64,000 nucleotides of DNA from Candidatus Bathyarchaeia archaeon (GCA_038727135.1 JAVYWL010000004.1:64001-128000), one strand, 5' to 3'. Positions 1 through 10,155 are shown, numbered from the stretch's first letter. Translations and numbers: made by a program. Notes: generated by a model from the letters alone, not told the origin.

Positions 1-2
1 AA

Positions 3-173
3 GTTCTTTATGTTAGTGTTGGACATATGGTTTCGCTTGAAACAGCCATAAAGATTGTTAGGCACTGCATGCACTACGGTGGCATCCCAGAACCATTAAG
101 AATGGCACATAAAATAGCAACAGCTGAGCGAAACAAAATCCGCCCTAAACATCCAAGTGATTGTAAAGTGTAA
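3..173 (+). CDS. nfi: Endonuclease V, C-terminal fragment (runs off window start)
   Basis: Manual translation: VLYVSVGHMVSLETAIKIV...IPEPLRMAH, the typical EndoV C-terminal motifs; stop TAA at 171-173. Confidence 0.85.
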   Translation, partial: VLYVSVGHMVSLETAIKIVRHCMHYGGIPEPLRMAHKIATAERNKIRPKHPSDCKV

Positions 174-222
174 TATCCTTGTAAAGATGTAAAATAGGTG
201 AATAGTATTAAACCGACAGCGG

Positions 223-969
223 ATGCGTGAAAGTTTGCTTCATCCGAAAATAAAGGCCATAACAGAGAAAATTCGTGACAAGGAACTTCGTAAAAAGGTT
301 GTTGAACTTCTTGAGAATCCAGTTTTTGAGGTTGGCGGTAAAGTCTATTCTGGCTTACCGTTAAACACCGCGCCAGCTGGCTTGTCCCATCATCACTGTT
401 ATCCTGGCGGCTACATAGAGCACATAGTCTCTACGACAAATTTGGCTTTGGCGTTGTGCAATTCTGTCGAGAAAGTTTATCATGGGAAAGTGAACCGTGA
501 CCTTGTTGTGGCTGGCATTTTGCTCCACGACATCTTCAAACCAGTAACCTACACGGTTAATGAAAATGGGAGTTATGGCACAACTGGTTTGGCCGACTAC
601 ATGGACCACTTGTCCATCGTCATATCAGAGCTTGTTCGAAGAGGCTTTCCGCTGGAGCTTATTCACGTAGTTTCCGCCCACCACGGAGAATACGGCCCAA
701 TCAGACCGCACACAATTGAAGCCTTAATCTGCCACCTGGCGGATTTAATGGATTCGCGATTAAACGGCGAAGTCCTAAACGCTGCAGCTTATCTGGTTAA
801 GAGAGCAGTTGGCGAAGAGCTGCCGGGCTTAACCTCGAAAGAGGCCTTCGAAATAATCTATTCGAAGGCTGCCGAAGGATGGGAAGGCGTGGCAAAAACC
901 GTTGAAAAAATAAAGAAGAGAAGACTGCACGCAAAACTTAAAAGTGCTTCGTATACGAATTTGAGGTGA
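223..969 (+). CDS. HD-domain phosphohydrolase (YhaM/MptB-like)
   Basis: APAGLSHHHCYPGGYIEH, LLHDIFK, AHHG and HLAD motifs. Confidence 0.8.
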   Translation: MRESLLHPKIKAITEKIRDKELRKKVVELLENPVFEVGGKVYSGLPLNTAPAGLSHHHCYPGGYIEHIVSTTNLALALCNSVEKVYHGKVNRDLVVAGILLHDIFKPVTYTVNENGSYGTTGLADYMDHLSIVISELVRRGFPLELIHVVSAHHGEYGPIRPHTIEALICHLADLMDSRLNGEVLNAAAYLVKRAVGEELPGLTSKEAFEIIYSKAAEGWEGVAKTVEKIKKRRLHAKLKSASYTNLR

Positions 970-1304
970 TGCCTATGACGGAAATAACACTTGAAGAGTT
1001 TCAAAAACTTGACATGCGTGTTGGAAAAGTTTTGGAGGCAAACCAAATTCCGGGTTCACGAAACCTGATAAGAATGATCGTGGACTTTGGAACAGAGAAA
1101 CGCCAAGCTGTAGCTGGGCTTCTTCAATGGTATAAACCATCAGACCTTGTCGGCAAGAAATTCGCCTTCATCCTAAACCTTCAGCGGAGAAAATTCATGG
1201 GTGTGGAATCTCAATGCATGATTTTGGCGGCTGAAGACGACAAAGGCAACGTCGTAGTCCTACAACCAGAAAAGGATATAGCTGAAGGGAGTAAAATCTA
1301 CTAA
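966..1304 (+). CDS. tRNA-binding OB-fold protein (Trbp111/CsaA/MetRS C-domain-like)
   Basis: EEFQKLDMRVGKV...NLQRRKFMGVESQCMILA. Confidence 0.9.
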   Translation: MMPMTEITLEEFQKLDMRVGKVLEANQIPGSRNLIRMIVDFGTEKRQAVAGLLQWYKPSDLVGKKFAFILNLQRRKFMGVESQCMILAAEDDKGNVVVLQPEKDIAEGSKIY

Positions 1305-1309
1305 AGGCA

Positions 1310-2569
1310 TTAACTCAACAATTTGTTTATCTTTTCAGCTTTTTCCTTGCCTTCAGCTAAATATTCAACCATTTCCGGGGTTAGGTCAAGCCACTTCGCT
1401 ATTCCAGCGGCCATTTCCATGTTGTTTTTGAAGATTATCCGTAAGTATGGAAGAATCTCTTTCAAGGCTCTTGTGGCTGATATGTGGCATCTGCGCTTAA
1501 TTTTTCGGCCTATCTCCAACTGCATTGTCCGCTCCTCTTTAGACCTTGCTAATGCTTGTATCCGCTCTGGAAAGCGGAAGGGAGTCCAACCAGAAGTTTT
1601 TGTGTTAACCCTTGCCATGGCTACACCGGCAGTCATAAAGTCAATTACATAGCGCACGAAACTCCAGTCTTGTGTGCTTCTTATTCTCCCACGGTAAACG
1701 TCAGCCATTGAAAGAGCATCCATTGCTCTAGCCAAGTCGTGAGGATCTGTCAAGTGAGCTGGAACATTCTCGTAAATCCATTCAAAGAGCATGTCGATAT
1801 CCACGTCTGCCATGTTGACGGCTCGTTTAGCCCCTTCACATGTTTTCCCATACAAAATCATTCGCAGAACTGTGAATATTGTTTCTTGACGGTCTCGGAA
1901 ACCAAGCCACACCACATCCTCATATGTTAGGCGTTTTCTGCCCTGTGCCAAGGCTTGAAGATCCGTTACTGCCGAGCGGATGTCACCTTCTGAACGTTGA
2001 GCAATAAACTTTAAGGCGTTCTCCTCTGCGTCTATACCCTCTTTTAGGCATATAGCCTTCAAGTGCTTTAGGACATCAGTTACTGGAGGCTTTTTAAACT
2101 CTATTAATAGGCAGTAGTTGCGGAGGTTAGCGAACCTCGGGTCAAAGGCGTTGTTGGCGATGAGCACTATTGGGCATTGAGCCGTTTTAATTATGTCTGT
2201 TATGGCTTTAACTCCGCCTTTATCCGCTGTACCAGTCAATCCGTCCAGTTCGTCGAATAGGATTATCCTTTTTGTGCCGAATAGTGAACCGTATTGGGAT
2301 GCAAGTCCCGCAAAGCGTTTTACAGCTTCTTCTGTCCTATAATCGCTGGCGTTTTTCTCCACCAACTCCATTTTAAAATCGTTTGCCAAAGCCTCAACAG
2401 TGACAGTTTTCCCAACACCCGGCGGTCCGTAAAGAAAAACCGCCCTCTTTTTCGGTATCCCCTCATCCCAAGATTTTACCCATTCAACAAACTTTTGTAC
2501 GGCTTCCCGATTTCCAACAACCTCTTTCAAACTTTTTGGCTTGTACTTAACAGTCCAAGGCTGATACAC
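1310..2569 (-). CDS. rfcL: Replication factor C large subunit
   Basis: PWTVKYKP, GPPGVGKT, NASD, FDELD; adjacent to rfcS. Confidence 0.95.
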   Translation of the reverse strand: MYQPWTVKYKPKSLKEVVGNREAVQKFVEWVKSWDEGIPKKRAVFLYGPPGVGKTVTVEALANDFKMELVEKNASDYRTEEAVKRFAGLASQYGSLFGTKRIILFDELDGLTGTADKGGVKAITDIIKTAQCPIVLIANNAFDPRFANLRNYCLLIEFKKPPVTDVLKHLKAICLKEGIDAEENALKFIAQRSEGDIRSAVTDLQALAQGRKRLTYEDVVWLGFRDRQETIFTVLRMILYGKTCEGAKRAVNMADVDIDMLFEWIYENVPAHLTDPHDLARAMDALSMADVYRGRIRSTQDWSFVRYVIDFMTAGVAMARVNTKTSGWTPFRFPERIQALARSKEERTMQLEIGRKIKRRCHISATRALKEILPYLRIIFKNNMEMAAGIAKWLDLTPEMVEYLAEGKEKAEKINKLLS

Positions 2570-2572
2570 GTT

Positions 2573-3550
2573 TTACACCTTTCTCGTTCCCTTAATTTCG
2601 TAGGCTGCCTCAACGAGTCTGGCTAGTAACGCGCTTAATTGGACCTCTTCATCTGCGCCCTCAACAAGCCTATAATCAATTTCCCCAACAATGTCGGCTA
2701 ACTTTATCTTCCATGGTTCCGGAATGTCCGCCCTAAAAATTTCTGTGTGGATTTGGCGGATTATGTCGCTTCCAGCCACTCCATATTTCTGAATCATTTC
2801 TCGGAGCTGTTTTCGCGCCTCGAGGAAGTTGCCCTTCATGGCTGTTTCAATCATTTTCTGCACGTCTGCTGGGTTGGCTCTTCCAGCAATTGAATAAACA
2901 ATTTTTGCGTCCACTGGTTTGCCCAAAGAGGCGGCGGCTTGCAACGTGTTTATTGCTCTTCGCAAGTCTCCGCCGCAAACCTCGTAGATGGCGTCCAGCC
3001 CATCATTCAGAAGTTTTACGCCCTCGTTTTCAGCTATGTACCGCAAATACTTGTCGTGTTCCTCGCGTGGTAGGTATGTGAAGCGGAAGGGTGCACAACG
3101 CGACTGTATGGGCTCTATTATTTTTCCGCTGTAATTGGCGCACAATATGAAACGGCATGTTTCCGTATAACGCTCCATAGTCCGCCTCAAAGCTTGCTGA
3201 GCGTCCGCGGTCATGTTGTCCGCCTCATCTAAAATCATTATTTTGAATGGAACCTCGCCGATGGAGCGCACCCTAGCAAAAGTTTTGACAGTTTCCCGAA
3301 CAACATCTATGCCCCTCTCGTCGCTGGCGTTCAACTCCATAATGTATTCGCGGTAAGATTCACCATAAAGGTCCCTAGCCAGACAAAGAGCTGCCGTAGT
3401 CTTCCCAGTGCCGGGCGGTCCGGCAAAAATGCAGTGGGGCACATTTTTAGCTTTAACAAAACTTTTAAGGCGCTCCACTATCTCCTTCTGGTTCACCATT
3501 TCATCCAATGTTTTTGGTCTGTACTTTTCAGCCCACATCTCAAAACTCAA
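2573..3550 (-). CDS. rfcS: Replication factor C small subunit
   Basis: WAEKYRP, GPPGTGKT, ELNASDERG, DEAD, QSRC. Confidence 0.97.
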   Translation of the reverse strand: MSFEMWAEKYRPKTLDEMVNQKEIVERLKSFVKAKNVPHCIFAGPPGTGKTTAALCLARDLYGESYREYIMELNASDERGIDVVRETVKTFARVRSIGEVPFKIMILDEADNMTADAQQALRRTMERYTETCRFILCANYSGKIIEPIQSRCAPFRFTYLPREEHDKYLRYIAENEGVKLLNDGLDAIYEVCGGDLRRAINTLQAAASLGKPVDAKIVYSIAGRANPADVQKMIETAMKGNFLEARKQLREMIQKYGVAGSDIIRQIHTEIFRADIPEPWKIKLADIVGEIDYRLVEGADEEVQLSALLARLVEAAYEIKGTRKV

Positions 3551-3625
3551 TTGGAGAGCCTCCTACCGTTTTCATAATAAGGGAAGAGTTAATAAATACT
3601 TGTTTGGCTTCCCTAAAAGCTATTT

Positions 3626-5575
3626 TTAAGCTTCAGCCTTTTCTTCCTTTTCGAGGAAACCGGTTAAGAATATTGCATATTCACATGGGTGTTCATTTTG
3701 TAGTAGGGACTTTATGATTTTTATTTTCCCTTTCTTTCCGTGACTCACCCTTGAGATTATGTATTCGATCGTTTTTTTGCGGAGGCTGCAGAGCCACGTT
3801 TTCTGTCCCGTTTTTACAAGTTTGTAATAGGGACAGCTTTTGTATTTGAGGGTGAAACCCCCTTCAAAATATTCTATTTCAACTTCTATGCCGAGTTCTC
3901 TGTACATGTCTGTAATTCTTTCACCAACCTCCCTTATTGTCCATGGATAATCGTCCGGGAATAGCTCGTCAAGTTGTTCCTTTTCTATGGCGAACGCTTC
4001 CTCCACAGAGTTGCATGACATGCCTTCGATCAATGTTTGCATAAGCTTTTTCCGTGGCAATGGTTCAAGTATAGGCTTTTCCAAAAGTTTTAGTTTGAAA
4101 CTTAGGAGATTTTGGAAGGTTGTTGTCGTTATTTCATAGCCTAACTCTCTAAACATGGATTCTATCAGAACTCTTTGACTGTTCATTACGAGGGGATCTA
4201 TACGCTTAAAAATTATGGTGAAATGTTCATCATCCACGAAGCGAACCTCAGCATCTGGCTGGGTTGCATTAATATTTTTGAGGATGAAATTTTTGGCGAG
4301 TCTCTTAATCCTTTCAGGGTCGTTTCTTGCTAACATGCGGATGGCATTAGATATGCGGGTCCCGGTTACACGATATATCTCCTCAAACTTCCGCTTATCG
4401 CTTTCATAAACTTTTAAGGCGAAGGAATTGAAGAGGTCACGTGGGACAGGAATAACATCCAAGAATTGTTTGCCAATAACTTGGAAAAGGCTTAACTCAG
4501 CCAGCTGGTCGAGGAGGCTTTGGTCTTCCGCCCCCACATACTGAATTGTCATGTTAACTGTAGTGTGTTCTGTCGTGTAGTTCAAAGTCTTCCATCCGCG
4601 AGTCGCCAGCATGACAGATAAGGCTGCTACAGATATCCGAGTTATTGAAGGTAGCGCGGCCTGAAAAACAAGTTCCAAGACGTTTTCATCTTTCTCGATT
4701 AAAACCTTTGCCTGTTTAAACCAGTTCATTTTTACAAACGCGGATAATAATGCTTTCACAAAATCCTTTGGCTCCTTTGGAAACTCGTCTACCCCTAAAA
4801 CAATTCTTGCATCCTCTAAAAGATTGCCCAAATCTGATATTGGCTCTTCCAGATGTTTTTCTGCCCAGCTCATGAAGGCTGGTCCAACAAGCATTAGGGT
4901 ACCCTTAAACAGTCCGGGGGTGACTTTTGCTAGTTCATTTTCAACTTGTTGTTCCAGGAACTCTCCGAACTCTTTCTTCCTTAGGGGGTAAACTTCTGGC
5001 CTCACCATTTTTACGGCTATGTCTTCGCCCATAACGCGAATGTCGAAGTAAACTCCTATTCCTTCCAGTATTGTGGCAGTGTTGAAGGCGACTATTATCG
5101 GCAAACGCTTGAAAACTTTTGGTCTTAAAATTGCTATATTGTCGATTTCGCTATAGGATGGTATTTCATACATGTTTGTGAGATTTCTAATTTCCTCCAA
5201 GATTATGAGGAATTCTTTAAAGTTTGATGGTGGCTTCCAGCTGATGGAGCTTTTGAGAATTTCAATGGTGTTTTTTGCTTCTGCTTTTTGTTCCTTTATA
5301 AAATCCTCAATTGTTTTGTTTCCTATGGCTATTTCTAGGAGGCTGTCTAGGTTTCTTCTGCTAATTGAGGCTAGGTCGAGAGCTTCTTTAAGCTTGGTCT
5401 GCTCGTTTACCTTAGCTTTTATGGCGCAGTCGTCACATGAGCCAACCTTATCCACTCTAAGCAAGGTTTCGAGGGCTTTTTCAAGGGCGCGGCTTTTTGT
5501 GCCATACGTTTTGGCTAGCTCTTCAAGTATTTCATTTGCTTTTCTTGTTATTGTTGTGTGTAGGTGGACAGACAT
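3626..5575 (-). CDS. Putative regulator: N-terminal ribbon-helix-helix-like segment, CxxC, and repeated V4R/MetOD-like domains
   Basis: N-terminus VHLHTTITRKANEILEELAKTYGTKSRALEKAL has a strand-helix-helix pattern; SCDDC; C-terminal KSCPYY...LC...HPCEYAI Cys triad. Confidence 0.55.
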   Translation of the reverse strand: MSVHLHTTITRKANEILEELAKTYGTKSRALEKALETLLRVDKVGSCDDCAIKAKVNEQTKLKEALDLASISRRNLDSLLEIAIGNKTIEDFIKEQKAEAKNTIEILKSSISWKPPSNFKEFLIILEEIRNLTNMYEIPSYSEIDNIAILRPKVFKRLPIIVAFNTATILEGIGVYFDIRVMGEDIAVKMVRPEVYPLRKKEFGEFLEQQVENELAKVTPGLFKGTLMLVGPAFMSWAEKHLEEPISDLGNLLEDARIVLGVDEFPKEPKDFVKALLSAFVKMNWFKQAKVLIEKDENVLELVFQAALPSITRISVAALSVMLATRGWKTLNYTTEHTTVNMTIQYVGAEDQSLLDQLAELSLFQVIGKQFLDVIPVPRDLFNSFALKVYESDKRKFEEIYRVTGTRISNAIRMLARNDPERIKRLAKNFILKNINATQPDAEVRFVDDEHFTIIFKRIDPLVMNSQRVLIESMFRELGYEITTTTFQNLLSFKLKLLEKPILEPLPRKKLMQTLIEGMSCNSVEEAFAIEKEQLDELFPDDYPWTIREVGERITDMYRELGIEVEIEYFEGGFTLKYKSCPYYKLVKTGQKTWLCSLRKKTIEYIISRVSHGKKGKIKIIKSLLQNEHPCEYAIFLTGFLEKEEKAEA

Positions 5576-5616
5576 GGCGCCTCACGTGTTTACCTATTTA
5601 GAGGCCGCTTTTAAAT

Positions 5617-5653
5617 ATGTTCACATTTCTCAGAAAAATGTACACATGAACAC
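5617..5653. promoter_or_regulatory. ATGTWCA(C) repeat cluster upstream of the RHH-like gene
   Basis: ATGTTCAC 5617, ATGTACAC 5638, ATGAACAC 5646. Confidence 0.45.
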
Positions 5654-5669
5654 ACAGAAAAATAGGGGG

Positions 5670-7448
5670 TTATCTTTGTACTAGCAAAGGTTCAATTCGT
5701 GTAAGTTTTGTTCCTTTTCTTGTCATGAGGGCGTCAGCGACTCTTTTTACAGCCAACATGTAGGCGGCTACACGCATGTTTACATTATACTGTTTTGAAA
5801 TTTCTAGAACATCATAGAAAGCCTTAGTTATCGTTTCCTTCAGCTTGTTCCGCACTTCCTCCTCTGTCCAATAGTAGTTCATCTGGTTCTGCACCTGCTC
5901 AAAGTAGCTGACAATTACACCGCCTGAATTCGCCAGAATGTCTGGTATCACAAATACTCCCTTTTTGAAGAGAATTTCGTCGGCTTCTGGGGTTGTTGGT
6001 CCGTTGGCTCCTTCGGCTATTATTTTTGCTTTTATTTTGTCTGCGTTTGCCTTTGTTATCTGATTCTCTAAGGCTGCCGGCACCAAAATATCGCATTCTA
6101 ATTCTAACAGTTGTTCGTTTGTTATGAATGTGCTTTCAGGGTAATCAACCACCGAGCCTGTTCTGTTTTTGTGTTCAAGCACTTTTTCCGGGTCTAGCCC
6201 GTTTGAGTTGTATATTCCGCCTTTTGAGTCTGAAACTGCTATAATTTTGCATCCAACCTCGTGCAGGAGGCGTGCCGCATGATATCCAACATTTCCATAG
6301 CCTTGCACAGCTACTGTTGCGCCATTTAGGTTTATTCCTAGATGTTTAGCGGCTTCTATCACTGTGTACATTAAGCCTCTTGAAGTTGCCTCGCTTCTTC
6401 CGCGGGAACCGCCAACACTGACGGGTTTTCCTGTTACAACTCCGAAGGCTGGGTAGCCGACGATTTCGCTGTATTCATCCATTATCCAGGCCATTGTTTG
6501 GGCGTCTGTGTAAACATCCGGCGCCGGCACATCGATGTTTGGACCTATAAATTTCGCTATAGTCCGTACATACCCTCTTGTTAGACGTTCCAATTCGGCC
6601 TTGGACATTTCCTTGGGGTTGCATCTGATTCCGCCTTTAGCGCCTCCTAGCGGTAGTCCTACAACCGCTGTTTTCCATGTCATCCATGCCGCTAATGCCG
6701 TAACCTCGTCTAATGTTAGCTCTGGGTGGTATCGGATGCCGCCCTTAGTTGGACCTAATGCATCGTTATATTGTACACGGTAACCCGTAAAAACTTGAAT
6801 GCTCCCGTCATCCATAACCACTGGAATATTAACTATTAGGGTGCGCATAGGACGCTTCAAAATTTCATGGATGCCAGGATCAAGCTTCAGTTTTTCGGCT
6901 GCAATGTCCAACTGTTTAAGGGCGGCTTCATAAGGGTTTGGCGTAACAGCTAAGGGCGCCAAAGTATCTATTTTAACAAATACGGCTGTCTGGAGTTTCT
7001 CGACAAGATTTGTTAGAATTTGTCTCGCCACTTCGCCGTTTCCTTCTTTGCTTCCGTAAAACCAAATGTAGGTTTCAGCAACGGCATCCTCCCTTCTTGA
7101 AAACATTGAACCAACGGGCACCATTTTCGGATTTTCACAGAAATAGTCCACGAGGATCCGCAGCATGTTCAACTCTTCAGAGGTTAATGGCAGAAGCTTT
7201 CTTATAGGCTCTGGCGCCTTAACATGGACATATTCGGCTTCCGTGATCTTCTTTTGGAGTTCTTCAAAAACTTTTAGAGAGTCTTCGATTGGTATTCCAA
7301 AGTTTTCTGTGTATGTTGTTAGAAGGGCATAGTGGGCGGTTGTATAACTTTCTATCTTTGCGGTCAGCTCAGGTTTTTCAGCGAAGAAGTCCACCATTAG
7401 TTTAAGCATTCCTAGCTCTCTTGCGGAAAGCTCCACAGAGTTTAACAT
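5670..7448 (-). CDS. gdhA: Glu/Leu/Phe/Val dehydrogenase (GDH) with ~170-aa duplicated N-terminal extension
   Basis: [36 protein letters not shown]; probable start ATG 7448 after GGGGTGGA (ORF track starts at TTG 7499). Confidence 0.92.
   Translation of the reverse strand: MLNSVELSARELGMLKLMVDFFAEKPELTAKIESYTTAHYALLTTYTENFGIPIEDSLKVFEELQKKITEAEYVHVKAPEPIRKLLPLTSEELNMLRILVDYFCENPKMVPVGSMFSRREDAVAETYIWFYGSKEGNGEVARQILTNLVEKLQTAVFVKIDTLAPLAVTPNPYEAALKQLDIAAEKLKLDPGIHEILKRPMRTLIVNIPVVMDDGSIQVFTGYRVQYNDALGPTKGGIRYHPELTLDEVTALAAWMTWKTAVVGLPLGGAKGGIRCNPKEMSKAELERLTRGYVRTIAKFIGPNIDVPAPDVYTDAQTMAWIMDEYSEIVGYPAFGVVTGKPVSVGGSRGRSEATSRGLMYTVIEAAKHLGINLNGATVAVQGYGNVGYHAARLLHEVGCKIIAVSDSKGGIYNSNGLDPEKVLEHKNRTGSVVDYPESTFITNEQLLELECDILVPAALENQITKANADKIKAKIIAEGANGPTTPEADEILFKKGVFVIPDILANSGGVIVSYFEQVQNQMNYYWTEEEVRNKLKETITKAFYDVLEISKQYNVNMRVAAYMLAVKRVADALMTRKGTKLTRIEPLLVQR
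5979..6083. repeat. 105-bp perfect inverted repeat, copy 1 (partner 11032-11136)
   Basis: Reverse complement matched base for base by manual alignment. Confidence 0.92.
6478..6533. repeat. 56-bp perfect inverted repeat, copy 1 (partner 10582-10637)
   Basis: Reverse complement is identical: GATGTGCCGGCGCCGGATG...TGGATAATGGA. Confidence 0.92.
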
Positions 7449-7491
7449 TTCATTTTCCACCCCTTCTTGTTCTAGAGCCTTAATATGACTT

Positions 7492-7590
7492 ATGTTCAAC
7501 TATAGAAATATTATGTTCATAATGTACACAACTGTACATCATTAAACCATCCGAAGCGACGACGTAACATTTTTAATGACGTATGTGAAC
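7492..7590. promoter_or_regulatory. Divergent promoter region with ATGTWCA repeat array
   Basis: ATGTTCA 7492 and 7513, ATGTACAC 7522, CTGTACA 7532, inverted GTGAAC 7585. Confidence 0.5.
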
Positions 7591-7610
7591 CTTACACCCG
7601 GTGCATTTCA

Positions 7611-8363
7611 TTGTCCAATAACCCTAGTGAAAAACAAGTCTTCTACTCTACAGGAGTTAGAGGACTTGACAAAATCCTTGGTGGCGGATTGTTATTAGGT
7701 GAAAATGTTTTATGGGAGGTTGAATCTGGAACATTTGCAAGGGAATTCTTATACTCTTTTATGCGGCAAGGCATAATTGAAGGGAACCAAGTTATATATT
7801 TGGAATTTATTTATCCCCCTCAAGCAATTATGCTACAATTAGAGCCATTAACCAAAACTTTGCCAGAAGGTTGGGAAAAGAAACTCCTAGTTTTGGATTG
7901 TTTTTCAGAAGCCGCAGGGCAAGGCGAATTAATATTTAACGACTTTTATGATAAAGCCCCAAGCTGGATTAGAAAAGTTCCAAGCTCAAAGGATCCGGAT
8001 CGTTTCCATCACTTCTTTGGAAGAATTGAAAGGGAATTTGTGACGCCTGGAACTCGACTTATTTTCAACAGTTTATCAATAATGGAGCACAATTGGGGAA
8101 GGGATGCTGTTAAAGCATTCTTTGGTCATGTTTGTCCGGCACTGTATGCTTACCAAACTCTCGCCTACTGGACCATGGCTAAAAATGCCCATCCCAAAGA
8201 GTTCTGCGCCCTAATAGAGCACATGACACAAGTGGTTATAGACCTCACTAGACAGGAGAATAAGAACTTTTTATGGATTAAGAAGGCTGGCGGAAGATAT
8301 AATCCCCAAACCTACACAAGACGAGAGTACACGGTCGATGGGTTGAATATAGAGATTCACTAG
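7611..8363 (+). CDS. KaiC/RAD55-like single-domain protein with degenerate ATPase motifs
   Basis: STGVRGLDKILGGGL N-terminus; Walker A position reads EVESGTFAREF; Walker B position reads LIFNSLS. Confidence 0.8.
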   Translation: MSNNPSEKQVFYSTGVRGLDKILGGGLLLGENVLWEVESGTFAREFLYSFMRQGIIEGNQVIYLEFIYPPQAIMLQLEPLTKTLPEGWEKKLLVLDCFSEAAGQGELIFNDFYDKAPSWIRKVPSSKDPDRFHHFFGRIEREFVTPGTRLIFNSLSIMEHNWGRDAVKAFFGHVCPALYAYQTLAYWTMAKNAHPKEFCALIEHMTQVVIDLTRQENKNFLWIKKAGGRYNPQTYTRREYTVDGLNIEIH

Positions 8364-8370
8364 CCTTCTA

Positions 8371-8388
8371 ATGTACAAGAATGTTCAT
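8371..8388. promoter_or_regulatory. ATGTACA/ATGTTCA direct repeat, 10-bp spacing, upstream of the glutamate synthase-like gene
   Basis: ATGTACAA 8371, ATGTTCAT 8381. Confidence 0.45.
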
Positions 8389-8473
8389 TTTTTTGTTACT
8401 TTTAGGATAACATTTAAATGTGGACGAAATTTTAAACCTTCCACACGGTTTACAAACGTAAAGGTGAAAATGT

Positions 8474-10081
8474 ATGACGGAACGAGTTTTCAGAAACAGC
8501 TCATACCTAAATGCAAAATCAACAACGGGAACAACAACCCGCGTCAAGGACACAAGCCCCACAAGCGGCATGTGCCCCATATGCATCCGCGACTGCCCAA
8601 TACTCTGCGAAATAGGATTGTCAGCATTTAGAGGAAGAGAGGCTCTCTATCCAGAACCAGTGCAATTCGGCTTCAGCACCGCCGGAGCCTTAAAGGACTT
8701 CGGCTTAGACTGGTCCCACTTTAACATACAAGCAAGCCTCTTCGAAGCCCATGGAATAAAGGAAGACCCGGATTTGGCATTGTTCCCCAACGTGAACATA
8801 GAAACAAAAGTTGGAGGCATACCGCTTAAAGTCCCCATATTATGTGGCGCTTTCGGCTCTACTGATGTTGCGAGGCTGAATTGGGAAGGCTTAGCCATAG
8901 GCACAGCCCTCTCAGGCGCCATGATAATCGTAGGCGAAAATGTTTGCGGCATGGACCCAGAGGCCCAATTCACAAACGGCAAAGTAACCTACTCAAAGGA
9001 GCTAAAGCGCAGAGTCGACCTATTCAGAAAATTCTGGGATGGAAAATACGGTGAAATAGCCGTTCAAACAAATGTTGAAGACCAGAGGCTTGGCGTAGAC
9101 GTTTACGCCATATCAAAGCTAGAAGTCAATGTCATAGAGAGAAAGTGGGGACAAGGAGCAAAAGCCATAGGCGGCGAAGTCCGCGTAAGAGACCTTGAAA
9201 GAGCCATAATGCTAAAGAAAAGAGGCTACATAGTAATCCCAGACCCAGAGGACCCAGCAGTACAGCAGGCCTTCAAAGACGGCGTATTCAAATCCTTTGA
9301 AAGGCACAGCAGAGTTGGCATACCAAAGGAGAAAAACGTGATAGAGGATGTAGAATGGCTGAGGAAACAGGGAGCAAAACATGTAACTCTAAAAACAGGC
9401 GCTTACAGGCCGTCAGCAGTGGCATACACCTTGAAAATAGCTTCTGAGGCAAAGATTGATGCTGTATACTTTGACGGGGCGGGCGGCGGCACTGGCATGA
9501 GCCCTGTTCCAATGATGGACGAGATGGGTATTCCAACAGTTTATCTAGAAGCCATTGTGCTTAAGTGCGCCCAAATATTGAAGAAGAAAGGCCGCTATGT
9601 GCCGGATATAATCATGGCTGGAGGCTTCATAAACGAAACTCAAATTTTCAAGGCCATAGCCATGAGCAACTTTGGAGATGGACCATTTGTGAAAGCCGTT
9701 TTGATGGGCCGTTCTCCACTTACTGCTGTGATGAAGGCAAGCTACTTCAAACAGTTGGCTGAAGAGGGAAAACTTCCAAAGGCTTTTGCCGACAAGTTTG
9801 GCGCAACTCCAGAGAAGTTCTTCATAGCTGTTCCAGAGCTAAAGGCGAAGTATGGAGAACGTTTCAAGGAAATCCCGTGGGAAGCTGTAGCCCTATACAC
9901 TTACTTGACGGACCGCATAGGTGTTGGGCTAAAGCAGCTATTGGCTGGCGCAAGGAAATGGCGACTAGACCTGATCAACAGAAACGACCTAATGAGCCTC
10001 TCGGAGCTTGCAGCCAAAGTAACCGGTATACCATTAGCCCACGAGGCAGAAGCAGACGCCATAGAAAGAATTTTAGACTAG
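8474..10081 (+). CDS. FMN-binding glutamate synthase family protein (stand-alone, Fe-S)
   Basis: CPICIRDCPILC, KWGQGAKAIGGE, DGAGGGTG, IMAGG; SD AAGGTGA upstream. Confidence 0.88.
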   Translation: MTERVFRNSSYLNAKSTTGTTTRVKDTSPTSGMCPICIRDCPILCEIGLSAFRGREALYPEPVQFGFSTAGALKDFGLDWSHFNIQASLFEAHGIKEDPDLALFPNVNIETKVGGIPLKVPILCGAFGSTDVARLNWEGLAIGTALSGAMIIVGENVCGMDPEAQFTNGKVTYSKELKRRVDLFRKFWDGKYGEIAVQTNVEDQRLGVDVYAISKLEVNVIERKWGQGAKAIGGEVRVRDLERAIMLKKRGYIVIPDPEDPAVQQAFKDGVFKSFERHSRVGIPKEKNVIEDVEWLRKQGAKHVTLKTGAYRPSAVAYTLKIASEAKIDAVYFDGAGGGTGMSPVPMMDEMGIPTVYLEAIVLKCAQILKKKGRYVPDIIMAGGFINETQIFKAIAMSNFGDGPFVKAVLMGRSPLTAVMKASYFKQLAEEGKLPKAFADKFGATPEKFFIAVPELKAKYGERFKEIPWEAVALYTYLTDRIGVGLKQLLAGARKWRLDLINRNDLMSLSELAAKVTGIPLAHEAEADAIERILD

Positions 10082-10155
10082 CCCCCTCCCTTCTTTTTCT
10101 TCCAGCTTAACAGCCAACCTTTTAAGGCTTTTCAGAATAGTAGTTTTGGAGGTAA

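Noticed and set aside
5617-8388. CRISPR-like interpretation of the short repeats
   Set aside because: Units are only 7-8 bp, with no repeat-spacer periodicity and no cas genes
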